Shown here: in pieces, positions 60,828 to 64,000 of the stretch
How positions within the stretch are numbered: the first letter of the stretch is position 1
How the letters are laid out: each line of letters starts with the position of its first letter
NCBI GenBank assembly: GCA_030390025.1
Contig: CM059432.1
Location: forward strand, 76,758,001-76,822,000
Reading direction: 5' to 3'
Origin: Squalus acanthias
Taxonomy: Eukaryota
DNA: 64,000 nucleotides
Notes under the pieces: generated by a model
Databases searched by the model: none
Told to the model about the DNA's origin: nothing
What the model saw: only the letters and a program-made list of their open reading frames with translations
Program-made: the position numbers and the translations under genes

Positions 60828-62386
60828 TGTCACAGTTCCTATGTTAGACTTAGGTATTGTAAAATTCGCAAATTATCGCGATTCAAAAATAACGACAGAG
60901 AGATACAGTTTCGTTCAAGTAGTTTTATTTCAGCGAAATGCTGTCATGTTTCAAAACGGACACAAGAAGCCTGTAAAATGGCCGCCACGCCTCGTGGCAG
61001 AAGTTTCTAGACTTTTCAGTAGGCAGACAAGATGGCGTTCCAATAAACATTTCAGCAAGATCGGACAATGCTCAGCATATATTGATATAAGACAAGACGC
61101 GATCGTTTTGCATTTTGACACCTAAGCAAGAAATATAAGTGCTGGAATCGGTTTTCCATGCACAAACGAGGGCTATTGTACTGAGCAATCAAGGGCCCAT
61201 CCAAAGACATTGATACGCAAATTCCCCGCGGCTCTACGATGAGAGAGCCGTTCGCGGGTACTCACAGCAAGAATTCGGAAGCCCCCAAAACCCCTCCAGG
61301 GAGACTCCTAGCCGGTTCCACAATGGGAGAAATATTAACGGGTACTGAGACAGTTACAAGTATCACCAAAACCCATTAACGACAAGAACCACCCCATACA
61401 AGAAGTTTGAGCGCCAAAACATGACAAAAGATGAACATTAAGATTGGGCGGGAGATAAGGAATTACAGTACTATAACTGTAGTGTCCAAACGTCCATCTC
61501 TCTCTTATTCTGTCATTCGCTTGGAATCGACTCTTGGCTCTTATCCCGGACGACCGTTATTCTCTCTTGTTCCGCTGATCCCTTTTGGGGTCGACCTCGT
61601 GGCGCGCTGCGAAATCGGGTGCACCATCCCGAAGGTCGGTAAACGGTGTCTGGACCTGAAGGCCCGAGGAGATGAGATGAGATGAGAAGAGAAGAAGAAG
61701 AATCCACGTGCCGCCGCGGTCAGTAAACCCCGACCGCGCCCGAAATAAGTGAACATTGTTAAGCTATATAGGTTTTGATCGGGAATCCGAGGTCAACACA
61801 GATCTTCATAACAGCAGACGATTTAGCCTGCTAGCCGGAGCAGAGCAAATAAACAAGTGGGGTACAGAGACCCCTGGTCAACACGTGAACGGTCAGGTGT
61901 TGCAGCGAAAACAGCCGAGCGCCGTTTTAGAATTCTCCGAGGTATTACGAGTGGTGAGCATGTTTATCAATCCTACAGATCTAGATTAGAGCAGGCATTG
62001 ATAGGGGAGGGGGGTTTTATTAAGGATAATTATAATGTGTGTCCCCTTTTTCGATGTGTCGTGCGCTCCTCGTTTCCCTAAACCTAGTTTAATAAATGTA
62101 TGTAAGCTTGTACTGTCATTAATCTGTGCTTATGACATGTATTTCGTAATTCTGAACAATATGCAATAAAGATTTCCATTTCGTACTATTCAACCGGCTC
62201 TATCTGAGTTTTTCTCTGCATTACTGCTCTCGCACCTAAGTCCAGTGTTAGAACCGTAAGGGCGAGTGGGTCGAACCACTCACAGGTGCTTATTGCAACA
62301 AGGCTGGCCGGAGACCAGAGCAAGCAATAGTATTAGGCAACGAAGGCCTAACCTCGCACAAGCACCCTGAACCGTAACCCCTTACA
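60828..62386 (+). mobile_element. Probable long solo LTR (ERV-like or Gypsy-like)
   Basis: CpG-rich non-coding block bounded by TGT...ACA; YY1-like AAAATGGCCGCC and CAAGATGGCG; TATAA near 61472; AATAAA at about 62091 and 62165. No clean TSD (GTCG vs GTAT). Confidence 0.6.
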
Positions 62387-62449
62387 GTATCTCACTTTTT
62401 GATTTTCCGCAGAAACTCCTTGTGGAGAAGTTCCCAAGGTGGAAAGGCT

Positions 62450-62610
62450 CCCCTCCAAGTCACACACCACCCGCATTGGAAATATATCACCGTTCCTTCA
62501 TTGTCTAGGGGTCAAAATCCTGGAACTCCCTAACTAACAACACATTTCAAGAAGGTGGCTCACCACCACTTTCTCAACGGCAATTAAGTATGGGCAATAA
62601 ATGCAGGCGC
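62450..62610 (+). mobile_element. 3' tail of the same LINE family as 56130-60701
   Basis: CAAGAAGGTGGCTCACCACCAC.TTCTCAA.GGCAATTA.G.ATGGGCAATAAATGC is the reverse complement of about 56171-56229. Confidence 0.8.
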
Positions 62611-64000
62611 AAATAGCCATGTGGGAATATGTTCTAGTGGTGATAACTGAGACCTGGTTCAAAAAAGGGGAGGATTGGATGCTTAATATTCCTGGGTAAA
62701 AGGTATTCAGGAAAGATAGGGAAGGGAAAAAAGGAGGAGGGGTAGCAATTTTGATTAAGGAAAATATTACAGTGCTAGAAAGAGAGAATGTCCTTGAAGG
62801 ATCAAAGACAGAATCTATTTGGTTGGAGCTGAGAAACAATAGAGGAGCTATTACACTACTTGGTGTATTTTATAGACCACCAAATAGTGGGAAGGAGACT
62901 GAGGAGCAGATTTGCAAAGAAATTACCGAGAGGTGCAAGAACTATAGATTAGTGATAATGGGAGACTTTAACTACCCCAATATTGAATGGGGCAGTGATT
63001 GTGTTAAGAGCAGAGAAGGGGAGGGATTTCTGAAGTGTGTTCAGGAGAATTTTCTTGATCAGTATGTTTCCTGCCCAAAGAGGAAGGAGGCACTGCTGGA
63101 TCTAGTCCTGGAGAATTAAATGGGTCAAGTGGAGAATGTCATAGTTGGAGAGCATCTTGGGAATAGTGATCTTAGTATCATAATGTTTAGATTAGTTATG
63201 GAGAAGGACAAGGAGCAATCTAGAATAAGAGTACTTAACTGGAGAAGGGCTAATTTCAGAGAATTGAGGAGTGATCTAGCCCGGGGAAATTGGAGTCAAT
63301 GACTGGCAGGCAGAAATGTAATGGAGCAATGGGTGGCCTTTAAAGAGGAGATGGTTCGGGTACAGTCTAGGTACATTCCTACAAAGGGGGAAAGGGAGGG
63401 CAACTAAAGCCAGAGCTCCCTGGATGTCGAAGCAGTAGGATGAAGCAGAAAAAGTGGGCTTATGACAGATGTCAGCTTAATAATACAAGGGAGAATCAGG
63501 CTGAATATAAAAAGTACAGAGGAGAAGTGAAAAAGGAATTAAGGGGGCAAAGAGACAGTACGGGAATAGATTGGCGGCTAACATAAAAGGGAATCCAAAG
63601 GTCTTCTATAGGCATATTAACAGTAAAAGGGTTGTCAGAGGAGTGGTGGGGTCAATTAGGGACTAAAATGGAGAACTATTGGTGGAGGCAGAGGGCATGG
63701 CTGAGGTAATAAATGAGTACTTTGCATCGGTGTTTACCAGGAAGAGGACATTGCTAAAGCTATGGTAAACTAGGAGGTTGCTAGGATACTGGATGAGATA
63801 AAGTAGATAAAGAGGAGGTACTCGAAAGGCTGGCAGTAATTAAAGTGGATAAGTCACCTGCTCCAGATGGGATGCAGCCTAGGTTGCTGAGGGAAGTAAG
63901 GGTAGAAATTGCGGAGGTGCTGGTCACAATCTTGCAATCTTCCTTAGATACAGGGGTGGTGCCAAAGGACTGGAGGATTGCAAATGTTACACCCTTGTTC
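62610..64000 (+). mobile_element. CR1 LINE ORF2 remnant (endonuclease onward), with stops and frameshifts; runs off the window
   Basis: ITETW, GGGVAIL, GVFYRPPNS, MGDFNYP, LLDLVL, HLGNSD and KSPAPDGM motifs. Confidence 0.93.

Overview
Vertebrate nuclear DNA, most likely from a cartilaginous fish (shark-type L2 and CR1 LINEs, DeuSINE-like SINEs, Harbinger and Penelope repeats). I can see no cellular protein-coding gene. The one clear host gene is a miR-124 hairpin at about 31551-31632 (+), whose loop and 3' flank match the miR-124-2 paralog as I recall it. It lies in a TE-poor, CpG-rich block (about 19.9-35.6 kb) with a candidate REST/RE1 site, CRE/Otx/E-box and Pbx-Meis motifs, and likely host-transcript splice sites. 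The flanks are dense with transposons: four PIF/Harbinger elements (Myb/SANT gene and DDE transposase remnants, TIRs, 3-bp TSDs), several Harbinger-type MITEs, L2, CR1 and a third LINE family (several nested), a probable 1.56-kb solo LTR, and Penelope-like elements. The most unusual items are a fold-back Penelope insertion (259-bp inverted repeat) with two opposed minimal hammerhead ribozymes, a third hammerhead with covarying stems at 22.7 kb, a decayed 41-44-bp array at 17.2-19.9 kb, a miR-124 seed site 2.4 kb downstream of the hairpin, and a multibranch RNA-like structure at the LTR end. All calls were made by eye, with no database searches. Most repeat boundaries are approximate; TIR, TSD and miRNA coordinates were counted.
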